A stretch of DNA of 64,000 bases, taken from Chlorokybus atmophyticus (lineage: Eukaryota; Plantae; Mesostigma and Chlorokybus algae). Made by a program: the position numbers and the translations under genes. The DNA is taken from the NCBI GenBank assembly GCA_009103225.1, contig RHPI01003244.1, positions 248,001 through 312,000 on the forward strand, in the 5' to 3' direction. The notes beneath the pieces are model-generated. The model did not search any database and was not told the origin of the DNA. It was given only the letters and a program-made list of their open reading frames with translations. Shown piece by piece: positions 49,089 to 61,044 of this stretch (its first letter is position 1; every line of letters begins with the position of its first letter).

Positions 49089-52000
49089 TCAGTCGAGTAC
49101 CATGACGCTACCGGTGCCAGACATACTCAGCTCCACGAGCTCCTTGACGGTGCGGGCAATGCTGCCATTGTTCTTCACCATCAGGCGCATGTTCAGCTCC
49201 TTGTCAAAGAAGCCCTGCGTAGAGTGGCCACCGTGAGCTGATGCTGTGATTGCTTCTGAGACTGCAAGGGAAAGCTGATGCAAAGGGCATAAGCAACAAG
49301 AGCATGAGCTTCGTTCGTGCCAACTCACCATGTCGTTAAGCTCAAGGAGATGGTTATCCCAGCCGGTGACCGCCACGAGGCGAGCAACACTCGTCTCGAG
49401 ATCACCCTCTGTGGCATGCAGGATCTCGCGGTTGAGGGTGACGTCTGTGAACCCCATATCCACCAGCTGACGTTCTTGCTGGGCGTACATATGTACATCC
49501 ATATCGCCCTCCTGTAACCAAACACCCAATACAATTACCCATGCACTTGGAATAAGGAAGACAATCAAGCAAGTATGTACCTGTGCAGGCTGCCTCTCAT
49601 CCTGCCAGGTTTCCACATTAACCTCCTGCCAATCCTTCTCCTCGTCTCTAACATCAGGCACCAGCACCCCACTTTCCGCAAGGTCCTGGGCTGATGGCAG
49701 AGCAGCTGCACTAGCACTGGCAATGTCAATGTCAGCGACGTGCTTCTGCATCTGATCAACCTTCTCAAGCATGTCCTGCTCTTGAAGGTCCTGCCAAACA
49801 GATACACGTATGGGGGATGTCTTTCTGTTCTTGCAACTGTGCATGGTACACCCAGCACGCGCGCTCACCTCTTGCACAACTTGCTGAGCAACTGGCTGCA
49901 CTTCCACCGGCTGTGACTTGGTCACAGCAGGCTGCGCCGCGATGTCCTCCACAACAACCTCGTTGGAGCCGATACCTTCCACGATGGTCGCGGAAGGCCC
50001 TGTGGCCCAGCTGATTGCCACAGGCTCTGTGGCAATCCATGCCACAGGCACCTCAACTGTATTTCCTACACCAACTGCAGAAGCCTCAATGGCAGTCAGA
50101 GCCACTGGCATCTGGACTGCAGGTGCACCTTGCATGACAGTGTCTGCTGGGGCAACATCCCTGCCCACAGCACACTCTCCCACAACGGTCGCAAGAGAAG
50201 CGTCCTCAGCTGTCTTGACAGGCTCCTCTGTTGAAGGCACGACCTGAAACACCACTCATGGGTAAGGACACACGGTGGTGAATATGTGATACGCAATCAA
50301 ATAAATTAACATCAGCTTACCTGGACAAGGGCCCACAAGCGATGGCCAAACTTGGGACCATTGTTTGCCCACGCCAAGCGCCAGTGCGAGACATAGCGCC
50401 CAGGCTCACCAGGCGCTACCATGTCAACAGACACATCAAGGTCCTGATCAGGAAGCAAGCCTCCCTCTGGAACTGGCACCGGGACACTGTCCACGGACAT
50501 GACGTCGCCACCAACATGCACCAGGTGGGTGCTGGGTGGCCAGGGGCAGCTACCACTGTTCTTAATCTTCCAAATCTTCGTGAACTTCTGGCCGGGCAGC
50601 ACCTCAGTACCATCAAAGATGGTGACGTCCGACACGAAGCGGGCGTCGGGCTTGCCTGCAGCAAAGCGAGGCCACTTGCAGCGGCCATGTGGGGCCCAAG
50701 GGCCTGCAGGGTGCATCCTGCCTGAGCCCTGAGAAGCAGGTTGGGCTGGACCACTCGCATCTGGCGCTGGGTATGGCATGAAAGGATGGTGGCCACCACG
50801 GCCCCATCCGCCGCGGCCGCCATGGCGACCGCGCATGGCATTCAACCATGCACGGTCTCCAGGGCGAGCAATGCAGACATACTCCCCCTTCCGGTCCTCC
50901 TTGTCAAAGCATGCCTGTGGACGCAATCTCTCAGTCTACAACAAAGCAAGTAGTTGTGTATATGAACTACTTGAAGATGCGGCATGCAAGCAAATAACAG
51001 CAGTGTTTGCACCTGGCAGAGGTCATAATCCTCTTTCTCCAGGCTCTTGTACCGAGCTCCCTCAATAGGGCTCTTGTCACAGCCATCACACTGCACATTG
51101 TAGTGTTTCACAAGCGCAGTGTTCTCGGGCTTGCTGTTGTCAGCAGCAGGTGCAGTAGGTGGAGGTACAGCTGAATCTACTTGCTTGCTAGGACCTGCAC
51201 AGCCAGCGGTGAGACCCTCATCACACACAAGAATCGCAGGCATGCACAGTACGCAGACAGGTACTTACCAGCAGCAAAAGCTGACTGCATTGGGATGCCG
51301 AAAGTCTTCAACATGGCTGGCAACCCACCCTCCAAGTTTGCCATTATGTCACGAAACTCACTGAGATGCATGCCGCTGGCAACCTTGTAGTACATGGGAG
51401 CCAGCTGGAGCGGTGTCAGCTGTGCCCGAAGCACAGCTGCTTGGAACTTCGGAATGGCAGCATGCACTCCTTGCTCACGGTATGCCTACAAAGCAAGCAG
51501 AGCAATCAAGCTCGCAATGTCAAAAGCATCACATTAGCGCGACTGTGCACTGCATGAAGCATGAGCTCCACCTGCAGGACGTCGTCAATGTCAAAGTTTG
51601 CCTCCTTGGCGACCTGCTTGATCAGCTCAAAGAACCCCTTTGCCTCAGCGGGCTCAGCAATGTGTGCCTCAGTTGGCTGCACTGCTGGAGATGGCTGAGC
51701 TGTTTCCGGTAGCGAGACAGCAACCGCAGGACTGGCGTTCTGCACATCGCAAACATTATGACCTTGATGAATGCCGCAAAGGCATGCATTAAGGTGTGCA
51801 ATGCACAAACCTTCAGGACGGAGAGGCGCAGACTGCGAAGAAAGTTGGCATCTCTTTTCAGGTTGGCAAGAGCCTCACGAAGGTCGTCATGGTTGGCAAG
51901 GGTGACAATGTCGTTGTCCTCATCGGTGTATTTGAACTGCAGCACCTCTCCAGCGGAGAAGCCATAGATGTCACGGACAGTGGCTTCCAGAGCGTCAAAC

Positions 52001-52250
52001 TGCAAGTCCAGTGGGACTGTGCGCTTGCGCACGTCGCCATTGAAGTCCAGCTGCACACAGAGAATCGTCGAATTCAGTCGCATGCAAGAGTGCTGATTTT
52101 AACACGCCATAGACCAACACATGCAACAAGTGCAACTAACAACCACTGTTGCCAGCGGACTAAGCTCGTCATCAACAACAGCACCGCGCATGAGAATCTG
52201 CGCTACATGTCAGCACAAAGGCAACTCACCTTCAGCGAAAATGTCGCCAT
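49089..52250 (-). CDS. NBR1: Selective-autophagy receptor NBR1 (PB1-ZZ-FW/NBR1-UBA-UBA)
   Basis: MATFSLK|LDFNGDVRK..YTDEDNDIVTL (PB1); HYNVQCDGCDKSPIEGARYKS..DYDLCQ|ACF (ZZ); DARFVSDVTIFDGT..FTKIWKIKNSG..PGRYVSHWRL..GPKFGHRLW (FW); QLVDMGF..LNREIL and GFFDKELNMRLMVKNNGSIARTV (two UBAs); stop at 49089. Confidence 0.95.
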
Positions 52251-53899
52251 CGTTGCCGAGCAGCAGGAAGCAGCACACCAAACCCCAACCGCACAACGTG
52301 ACGCGGCTGGAAGGCAATTGCACACACAAGGAGTGACGCAGGAAAACCGGCCCGTGAGAACAAAACACAAGCGTCGCAGGTCAGCCGCTGTACCCACGCT
52401 GGGGCTCTCTCTTCACACCTGTCACCAGCCACAACGACGGCGACGTCCACACCGACCCGCGCCGTGGCACACTGGCGCACAGCTCTACGGAAGCAGGGAG
52501 TTTGTGGTAACAACTTTGCTTTATGTCTCAGCTGTGTGCACGCCTGCCATGGCGGGGGGGGGACACAGAAATGCCCCGCCGCGCGTTGCACACCTCTTGC
52601 GCAGTGCGCGGCGCTGGTGCGCGGTCAGGTCAACCGCGAGTCCCCGCCAACTAGATCGGCTAAGTGGCGGTGAACCAGGAAGTATCGGTAACGTAGGGTT
52701 AGTAAAAACCGCCAAGCACCGCCACGTCAGACTGGAATGTGCGTGTCATGTAATACAATACCAGATACCGGTAGTTGTAGGGCTATTGAGACAATTATGA
52801 ATGCCAATGGTCTGTGCATGCAAGGCACGCGCAAAGACAGGGCGCCAGCACTGCGTGTGTAAGTATGAAGCACGACGGCCCACAACACAAGCATAATGCA
52901 CGAGTAACCGCGGACTGGCTTTCCCAAGCCCGTACCAGTGCATTGCTACGTGCGGGCAAGGCGACATTACCAGTGAGGAACCAACCTGCGCAGCACAGCA
53001 TATGTAAAAGATAATTAAAAATGATGTACATTGTTGGTGGGGTTGGATATGTGATTGATGTGCATGTGCTAACCGTGGGGCGTATGATATCATTCAGCAT
53101 TGGAGCAGGTGTCCATGTGTCCATGTCTCTCTCTGTACCTGGTACTGGTGCTATGGCAGTTGCGATGCAAGTGTGCAGGCACAGTAGAGTCTCGTATTCA
53201 TACCGTAGCATTCGTTTCAAGCTTCACTTATCATTGTAACAACCGCATGAAGCAAGGAGTTCGTGTTATTGCTGCTTCGTGTGCGCATCACATCCTTGGC
53301 AACTTGCGTATTCTATGCGTCCATGTCGTAACAGGCACGCATATACGCATGCATACATGCACCGACACACGCATATGCTCGAAAGTACACGCTTACGCGT
53401 CACATGCACACGGACGCGTAAGCGCGCGCAAATGCACATGCACACATATCTGTAGGAGTTCCTAAGTATGATGCTTACAAGTCTCCCACGTACCTCCGAC
53501 ACGGCTGAATTGAATGCGCATTACAATGAGAATGCGCGCTTGCAAGCGCTTGTGGGCGACATTGAGGGCTGAGATGTTGCTGACAGGGACTTGTCCGCCC
53601 ATGACCACCGCTTTGTGTATGAAAGCAAGAAGTTGAGATTACAAAGGATACCAACACACGGCGCACGCACACGCCCACATGCCCCCGTAATGCGGGAAGT
53701 GCTTGCTAAACTGGAAGCGATGAGCTTCCCCGCGTCCAACTTGCCAACTTGAAGAGTCATTCATTGCGCTGATGCTGTGTGGTGGCTATGGCTACATGCT
53801 GAGGTCACTCATGCAGAGTAGTTCATTGTTGTCCTGATGTTTTGCGTAAACGTCATGAATTATAGCGGTATAGTTTGTGTTTCTTGAGCACGTGTTCAG

Positions 53900-56800
53900 A
53901 ACATTGAGGCGGCCGGCTGTGACTTAAGGTGGTGAGACATTGATGAGATGCCATCTCTTATACAGCCATGTACACCTAACCAATGGGCTGATCACATACA
54001 CGCGCACATGCTCGCTCGCATGCACGTACAAGTACTACATTTACACAAACGCGCGCACACGCGCACCCCACGCGCGCGGGCGCCTGCTAAATACACAAGC
54101 TCACAAAGAAATAGCACACACACTTTATGCGAGTTTACCTCACCCGCAGCATGTTGGCCTCTCCTTCTCCGAGTCTGGCAAGGCGATTCCCACCCTAGCC
54201 CCGCTATCCTCCTCCTTCATGTTCACACGCGTCTTCTTTGGTGGTCCCGCCCCGAGCATCACGAGCTTCGCCCCCGTGGCCTGCTCTCTCTTTACATCCG
54301 AGCAGCGCCTGTAGCATTCTCTCTCACCTGCATCTCTCCCCTCTCTATACACTAAGAACACTTGGCCTTGGCTTGGTTGAGGAGCTCACTCACTCTGGAT
54401 TACATAGCCACACGCTTGTGCCGCATGAGGATGTGAGCGGCGTGTTGCGTACTTGTCCCATGCCGTGCACACATCTCAGCCACCCAACACAGGACTTGTC
54501 ACGTCACGTGAGCGAGTCTTCTCTCCTCCGCCACATCGGCGCGTGTCCCTAAGCGCTGTGATCAACAATGTGTACGATGAGAAGGAGGAGGAGAAGAAGG
54601 GAGAGGAGGAGGAGGAGGAGGAGAAGGTTGTGGAGAAGGTGGAGCGTGGCGAGCTTTCCACGCAGGCGGGCGCGGGCCAACAACACCTGAGAGCCGCGCA
54701 TACGACGCAGAGCCAGCAACCCCTCTCTGCTCCACCTTTGGAAAGTTGTGTGTCTCTCCTCTTCCTTCAGCGTGGGGATGACCGTCGGAACCAACCTACC
54801 CTCCTCCTGTATCCCCGACAACAACTATACCCTCTCAACCACATCTTCCTACCTCGCCGTGCCCATCGACAAGACTCGCCGCTGCATGTAAGAGCCACAT
54901 GCGCCCGCGCACGTAAGCCAGGTCGTTGTTGTTAGTGTTGTTGTTGTTGTTGTTGTCGTTGTCGTTGTCGTTGTCCAGAGTGTCCAGCTTCAACCTTGTG
55001 CGTGAACACCGGAACGACACAACATTCACACATTGAAGCTTTTTGCATTCGCAAAGGCGCGCTTATGATCGCGCACGTGCTCACATCTAGATGGGGAGTT
55101 GTTGTTGTTGGCTTGTCTATCAATTGTGGACATGAGTTTCTAAGCCTCGCTGCAAGTGCGTGTGCAAGTACATGTGCATGTGTGTTTGCTCATCCTTCAT
55201 GTACATGTTGGACTATGTACTGGTGCTAACACTCTGACATATCCACACCACTGACTCACCGGCTCGTTATCGGTTTTCTCTGGTGGGGTCAGTCATCCAG
55301 GCTCCACCTGACCCAGTCCTTCTTGTCCATGTTGTTGTTGTTGACGTTGTCTTGTCTTATTGCTCCCCGCCGCCAGGAATGTTTTCACCCTCCCTTGCGA
55401 CGACCACCACGAGGCCAACAAGCCGCTCGCCCTCAGCCACGCGCAACGCCAATCAATGTATGTGTATGTTGGGGGTGGGTTTAATCACTTGATTGATTGC
55501 TAAGTTTCAATTAATTCCAGTACTCTACAGCCCTTGTGATGGATGTTCTTGTTGTTGTTGTTGTTGATACTGCTGGCGTGATGGAGTCCACCCTGTTGTT
55601 GTCTGGCGTGTGCTTGCGTACGCTCTATCTCTCTGCATGCGCGTGACAGATAACAACAGCCCCGCCGTGGTTGAGCGCACCGCACTCTGTCTTTACTGTC
55701 CTCCCTCTCTTTACTTCATTATCACTCTCACTCGCTCCCTCACACCCAACAACAACAACAACAACAACTGCCCTCTGCTTCTTCGCGCTCGAGGCTCAGC
55801 GCGCGCTCCACAACACGCAACAACACCTCGTTGTGGCAAAGCGGCCACACGCAAGGCCAAGAGGGTAATGCTGTTGATGTTGATAGTGTGGATGGTGATG
55901 GTGATTAGCTGATGTGGACAGGGAGCTTCAACACGCCCGCCTCCGTGCATAAGGCCAAGTCGCCCACCTGATACAATGTGTGTGTGTGTGTGCGCGTGAG
56001 CGCGCGCTCGTGTGTTGTTGTTGGTGGTGGTGGTGGTGGTGGTGGTGGTGGTGGGTTATGACTGAGGGGTTGGAACGAATTGTACGCAGCCACACGCCAA
56101 CGCAATGCTTGCGCCTAAGATGATAACAAGTGTTGGTGGGCACACACTTGTTCACGCATGCAGTGCTGACCTTGCTCATGCATGCATGCAAGCTTACTTG
56201 TGCATTATGCACACGGCGTGTGCGGCAGATGATTTCATATCCAATGTCACAAGCCGACAGCCGTCCATGCAATTGCACGATGTGCAGGAGCATGCAAGGG
56301 TCTCTCGCACTTGCACTACTGTGGGGCTGTTGTTGTTGGGAGTGTTTTCTCTTCATCTTGTCTAACACACACACGTGAGCACATGCACACACACACACAC
56401 GCACGCACGCACGCAGCTGTACGCGTGCACACGCACACCCGGGCACATGCACGCGCATGAATGTGCACACACGTGCATAAGCGCACGTACGCAAATGCAC
56501 ACGCACGCAGCCTCACACACATGCCTAAACAGACACTTGTACACGCCCATGCACACGCCCACGCACACGCCCGCGCGCACGCCCGCGGCCCCACACTCAC
56601 CACTTGGTGCGGGTTTCTTCCTCATCGTTCCTCCCTTACCCTTTTCCAGCGTTGCATTGCGTTGCATGTGTCTATTGCAAGTGTCGCCGCCGCTGCCGCT
56701 GCGGCCCCGCAACGCCGCATTAACACGCGAGATAGTCCCGAGCGTCATGTAACGTCACTGCCTTCGCTGTCTGAAGTTGTTGATGATGGTGATGATGATG

Positions 56801-58400
56801 ATGATGACTCGTGTACTCCATGGACTTGAACGAAACCGACATTAGGGGGAGGCATTAGATCAGGAGCAAAGCTGTTGTTGTCGTTGTGGTGGTGGTGGTG
56901 GTGGTGGAGGTTGTGGAAGCGGTGGTGTCGATAGAGCGTTTGCAGTCTGCTTGCAGGTGTGTCACAAGAGAGAATCTCAACAAGGGCTCGTTCGTTGCAG
57001 CAGCGGACGGCTCGGTCACATCCATCTCTCATACGCTTTACAAAGCACAATCATATCCTCCATGTTTGTATCACCATCCACCTCCTCCATATTATCCTCC
57101 AGCACCCTCTCTCCACCTCCTTCTTTGCCTCTATCAGTCAGCACACGCATTCGCCAGACAGCCCATCGCGCTTCTCTAGCACCGCGTGGCCGTCCAGCGT
57201 GGAGCCGAGGAGGGCCTGGTCGGTCCGTTGGTGGCGATGATGATGCGGGTGTGCGTGCGCCCGTGCGTGCGTGAAAGAGACTCTCACCTCCTCCCCCACA
57301 GTGCACACGCCATCCGTTGTTACGCACGCGCAACGCTCTGGTCAGGGCTCACTCTCAACCTTACATCTCCCCGCATCCACCATCACCATCACGACGAACC
57401 CAACACCAACTACTCTCCCCAACCCACCCCACCCCCACACTCTCACCTCCTTCCTGACTCTCATCCTCTTAACTCTGCTCCACCCCCCGATCAATCGCCC
57501 CCTTCCCCCTCGCCCTCGCGTCATCTGAGTGTCCTCCTCATCATCGTCATCATGGTCATGGTCGTGGTTGTGGTCGTGGTCGTCGTTGTGGGCATGGGCG
57601 CTGTCGATACGGGGTGGATGGGTCGGCGTTGGGGTGATTGAGTGACTGCGTGCGTGTAAACCCACAAAGCGTGCTTACGGTTGTTGTTGCTGGGGCATTC
57701 TGACCATGCTGGCTTTCTCCAAGTACGTGTCTGCCTGTACCCGTTGCACACATATCCCCCCNNNNNNNNNNNNNNNNNNNNNNNNNNNNNNNNNNNNNNN
57801 NNNNNNNNNNNNNNNNNNNNNNNNNNCCCCCCCCCCCCCCCCCCCCCCCTCGTGCAACAAACACAACACGCGGCACCCACCCACAACCCCAACCTCCACC
57901 TGAGCATTGGTGCGGTGCTATTGCAGGTCGTCCGCGCCCTCCACGTCAACGGAACGCCATCTCCTCCTCGAGGATGTGCTTCTCCAGCACATTACTCTTG
58001 TTGTTGTGGTGGTGGTGGTCCTCAGCAAGAGCCACCACAACAGCTTGCCCACCCGCTCATCCGACTTGGGGATGCATGCGACACCCTCAACAACACCATG
58101 AGGGAATGTTGTTAATGCTATTGTCGCTGTCCAAGTCAATGTGTCCATCCCTTGCTCAGCATATCGTGCGATCACACATCCGTTGCGTAAATGAACACAC
58201 GCACCCAAAATGCACATGTGCGTGTGGATACACCTGTGTACGCACACGTGTATCCACACCTACATATGCATCCACGTAAATGCGTATAAGTGTTGATACG
58301 CACGTGCATACACAGTTACACACGCCCACGCCCACGCCCATGCCTATGCCTACGCCCATGCGCACGGACGCGCATGTTGACAGGGAATGAGTACACAGTG
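53900..58400. repeat. Microsatellite/low-complexity-dense region without an assemblable gene
   Basis: (CA/TG)n, (GTT)n, (GGT)n, (AAC)n, (GAG)n and (GAT)n tracts with short exon-like islands on both strands that do not join into one open frame. Confidence 0.6.
57762..57826. other. Assembly gap (N run)
   Basis: Run of N flanked by C homopolymers. Confidence 1.
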
Positions 58401-59266
58401 AACAGGCTGTATTTCTTCTTAATGTCTGTTACTGCAGCTGCTTGAAGGTTGTGGCAACTACTCACCACCTGCGGCGTTTAGAGCACGTACAAGTTTCGCC
58501 TGCTAGTGCCAGTACACGACCCGTACCATGTTCCAGGATAATTTCGCAAATGTCGCATAGGGTGGTGGGCGCACACAGCAAGGAAGAGGGTGTTACCACA
58601 TGACAACATCCGGTGAAGCGCATGGATGCTATGTTCAGACGTCAACCCTGTCACTGCCTACAACCATTGAATGATATATTCAACAAGCTGATTCTAAGAC
58701 TGTCGTTTGCAACAACTAATATGTATACACATGAGCACGTGTGCGCGTATACAATTGTGACAAATGGTTGTAGCGGAGTTCGCTACGCATGATAATGGTA
58801 CTGAGTATGCTATGACTAGCATAGTACATCCTGCTAAAAACTCACTGGCAACTTTAGTTGCTCCAACATTCGCTTGCGTGCCATACGTTGACTCATAAGT
58901 ACGGGTGCAATTGGTGGTGCGTGGGAGTGTGGGTATGACCAGGTTGTAGTTGACAAAATCTATGTCATACAGTCAATCTACACACATGCTTGCGCCAACA
59001 AGTTGCAGTCAGCTTTATTGCGGCAGCAGCAAGCATGCAGGCTCGTGTGCATGCACCAGTTGAGCACTCATCTTCACAGGAGGGGCCAGAATTTTAGCTG
59101 TGTGCGGACATGCACATTGATGGCGGCAGTTACAGAACACTGCACACAATTGCGGAAATAACCCTTGCTCTTGTATTCACAGGTGTAAACAAAACTTTGC
59201 GAGAAAAGTCAAGCTAGTTCAGCTATATCTACAAAACTGAATAGTCAGCGTATGAAACTAGAGACT

Positions 59267-61044
59267 TTACTGGCGCTTGGACACCTCCTTGCGGGCATCT
59301 TCCAGCTTGTTCTGCAGGTCACGGATCACATCCTCGGACTTACCAGCAGACTGCGATCGGAGCTTGTTGAGGTTGGCCTCAGCGTCTTCGAGAAGTGAGC
59401 GTGCACTGTCGGGAGCCTCCTTACGTGCCTTCTCCAGCAGATCCTCAAAGTCGTCGCGAGCAGCGCGGCTAACATCATCAAGCACATCCTGTAACAACAG
59501 CCCAATTGTTGGCAAAGTCTAACAAGGCATGCAGATTGTGAAGAATGCATGCATGACAGTGAGCAACAAGCATAGCCTACTAACCTTGGCATCCTCAACG
59601 AAATCCTCGGCCTTGTTCTTCAAGTCCTTGCCAGCTTGCTTGATCTGGCTGCCGATGTCCTCGCCCTGGCCCTGGACGTCACGGGAGACATCCTTGGCGG
59701 TGCCCTTGGCATCGCGAGCAGCGTCAAGGGCGGAGCCTTTCAGGTCATCAGTGGCATCCTCAGCGCGGGCGCCCAGATCCTTGGCAGTGCCCTTGGCGTC
59801 GCGTGTGGCATCGCGGGCTGAATCGCTGAGATCGTCAGCGGCACTTTCAGCACGGGAGCCCAGGTCCTTAGCAGTGCCCTTGGCATCACGGGAGACATCC
59901 TTGGCAGTGCCCTTGGCGTCACGAGCAGCATCACGAGCTGAGTCGCTGAGGTCATCAGCAGCATTCTCAGCACGGGCGCCAAGGTCGCGACTGCCATCCT
60001 TAACTTCATCAGCGGCATTCTCCACGCTGCGACGGAGCTCCTGGCCAGCTTTCTTCACACCATCGCCAATGTTCTCTGCCACACCCTTGGCCTCCTCGCC
60101 GACGCCAGCAGCGCGGCTGCGGGTGTCCTTGGCAACATCCTTCGCCTCCTGACCAGCATCGCTGAAGGCGTCCTTCACATCCTCAACAACATCCTGAGCC
60201 TTGTTCTTGAGATCACTGCCAACGCCGTCGGCGTCCCTGCTGACCTCCTTGGCCTTGCCCTTGGCGTCACCAGCAACGTCTTCAACCTTGCTGCTCAGGT
60301 CGCTTCCCGCATCCTTGGCCTGGGACTTGGCGCTCCTGGCGTTGTCCTTCACATCATCGGCGGCATTCTCAGCCTTGCCCTGGAGGTCACGGCCAGCCCG
60401 CTTGGCACTACCCTCCACATCATCAGCGGCGTTCTCAGCCTTGCCCTGGAGGTCACGGCCAGCGCGCTTAGCACTGCCCTCCACATCGTCGGCAACATCC
60501 TCAGCCTTGCCGCGAACCTCCCGGCTAGCGCGCTTGGCATCGTCACCAACGTCCTCAGCACGGTCCTGAACCTCGTCAGCAGCGTCACCGAAGGCGTCCT
60601 TCACATCCTCAACGACCTCCTGGATTTTCTTGCCAGCAGCATCCAGAGTCTCCTTGATAGTGTCGCCGAGATCCTTTTCATCGCGGGCAGCCCTCACTGC
60701 ACAGACAAACAACCCTGTGTTTAAACATGCTGCAATGGACACGGAGTGAAGTATGTTTCATACAACAAGCTGGTCTGCCTAGTGCTCTACAGCGTACAAC
60801 CGTCCAGCGTGCCTTCCACCTCAGCATGCAACAGGCCATGCACAATGCACCACTGTCATGTCATTTCTTGCCACAACAGCCTTCAGCGTCTGTGTCTAAG
60901 CGTACCAGCGAAGCGTGCTGTGCGCAGGGGGCGTGCGTTGATGGGGGAGGGCTTGCCGACGGCGGCGGAGGCGCGGCGTGCAGGGCGGACGGAGGCTACG
61001 GGCTTTGACACCACCACAGAAGAGAACGACACAGTTGACGCCAT
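59267..61044 (-). CDS. Plastid-targeted LEA group-3-like hydrophilic repeat protein, 3 exons, ~490 aa
   Basis: Exons 61044-60906, 60696-59585, 59488-59267 join in frame. N-terminus MASTVSFSSVVVSKPVASVRPARRASAAV.. is Ser/Ala/Arg-rich and lacks acidic residues (transit-peptide-like). Body is A/D/K/G/E-rich with 11/22-mer repeats (AENAADDVEGSAKRAGRDLQGK; AKDVSRDAKGT). Confidence 0.85.

Noticed and set aside
59529-60569. Plus-strand Ser/Ala/Leu-rich ORFs
   Set aside because: Antisense shadows of the LEA repeat exon.
8489-61044. Trehalase, NBR1 and LEA as a desiccation/stress gene cluster
   Set aside because: Tens of kb apart, interleaved with unrelated genes and TEs, with no shared regulatory signature; co-location is unremarkable in a gene-dense algal genome.
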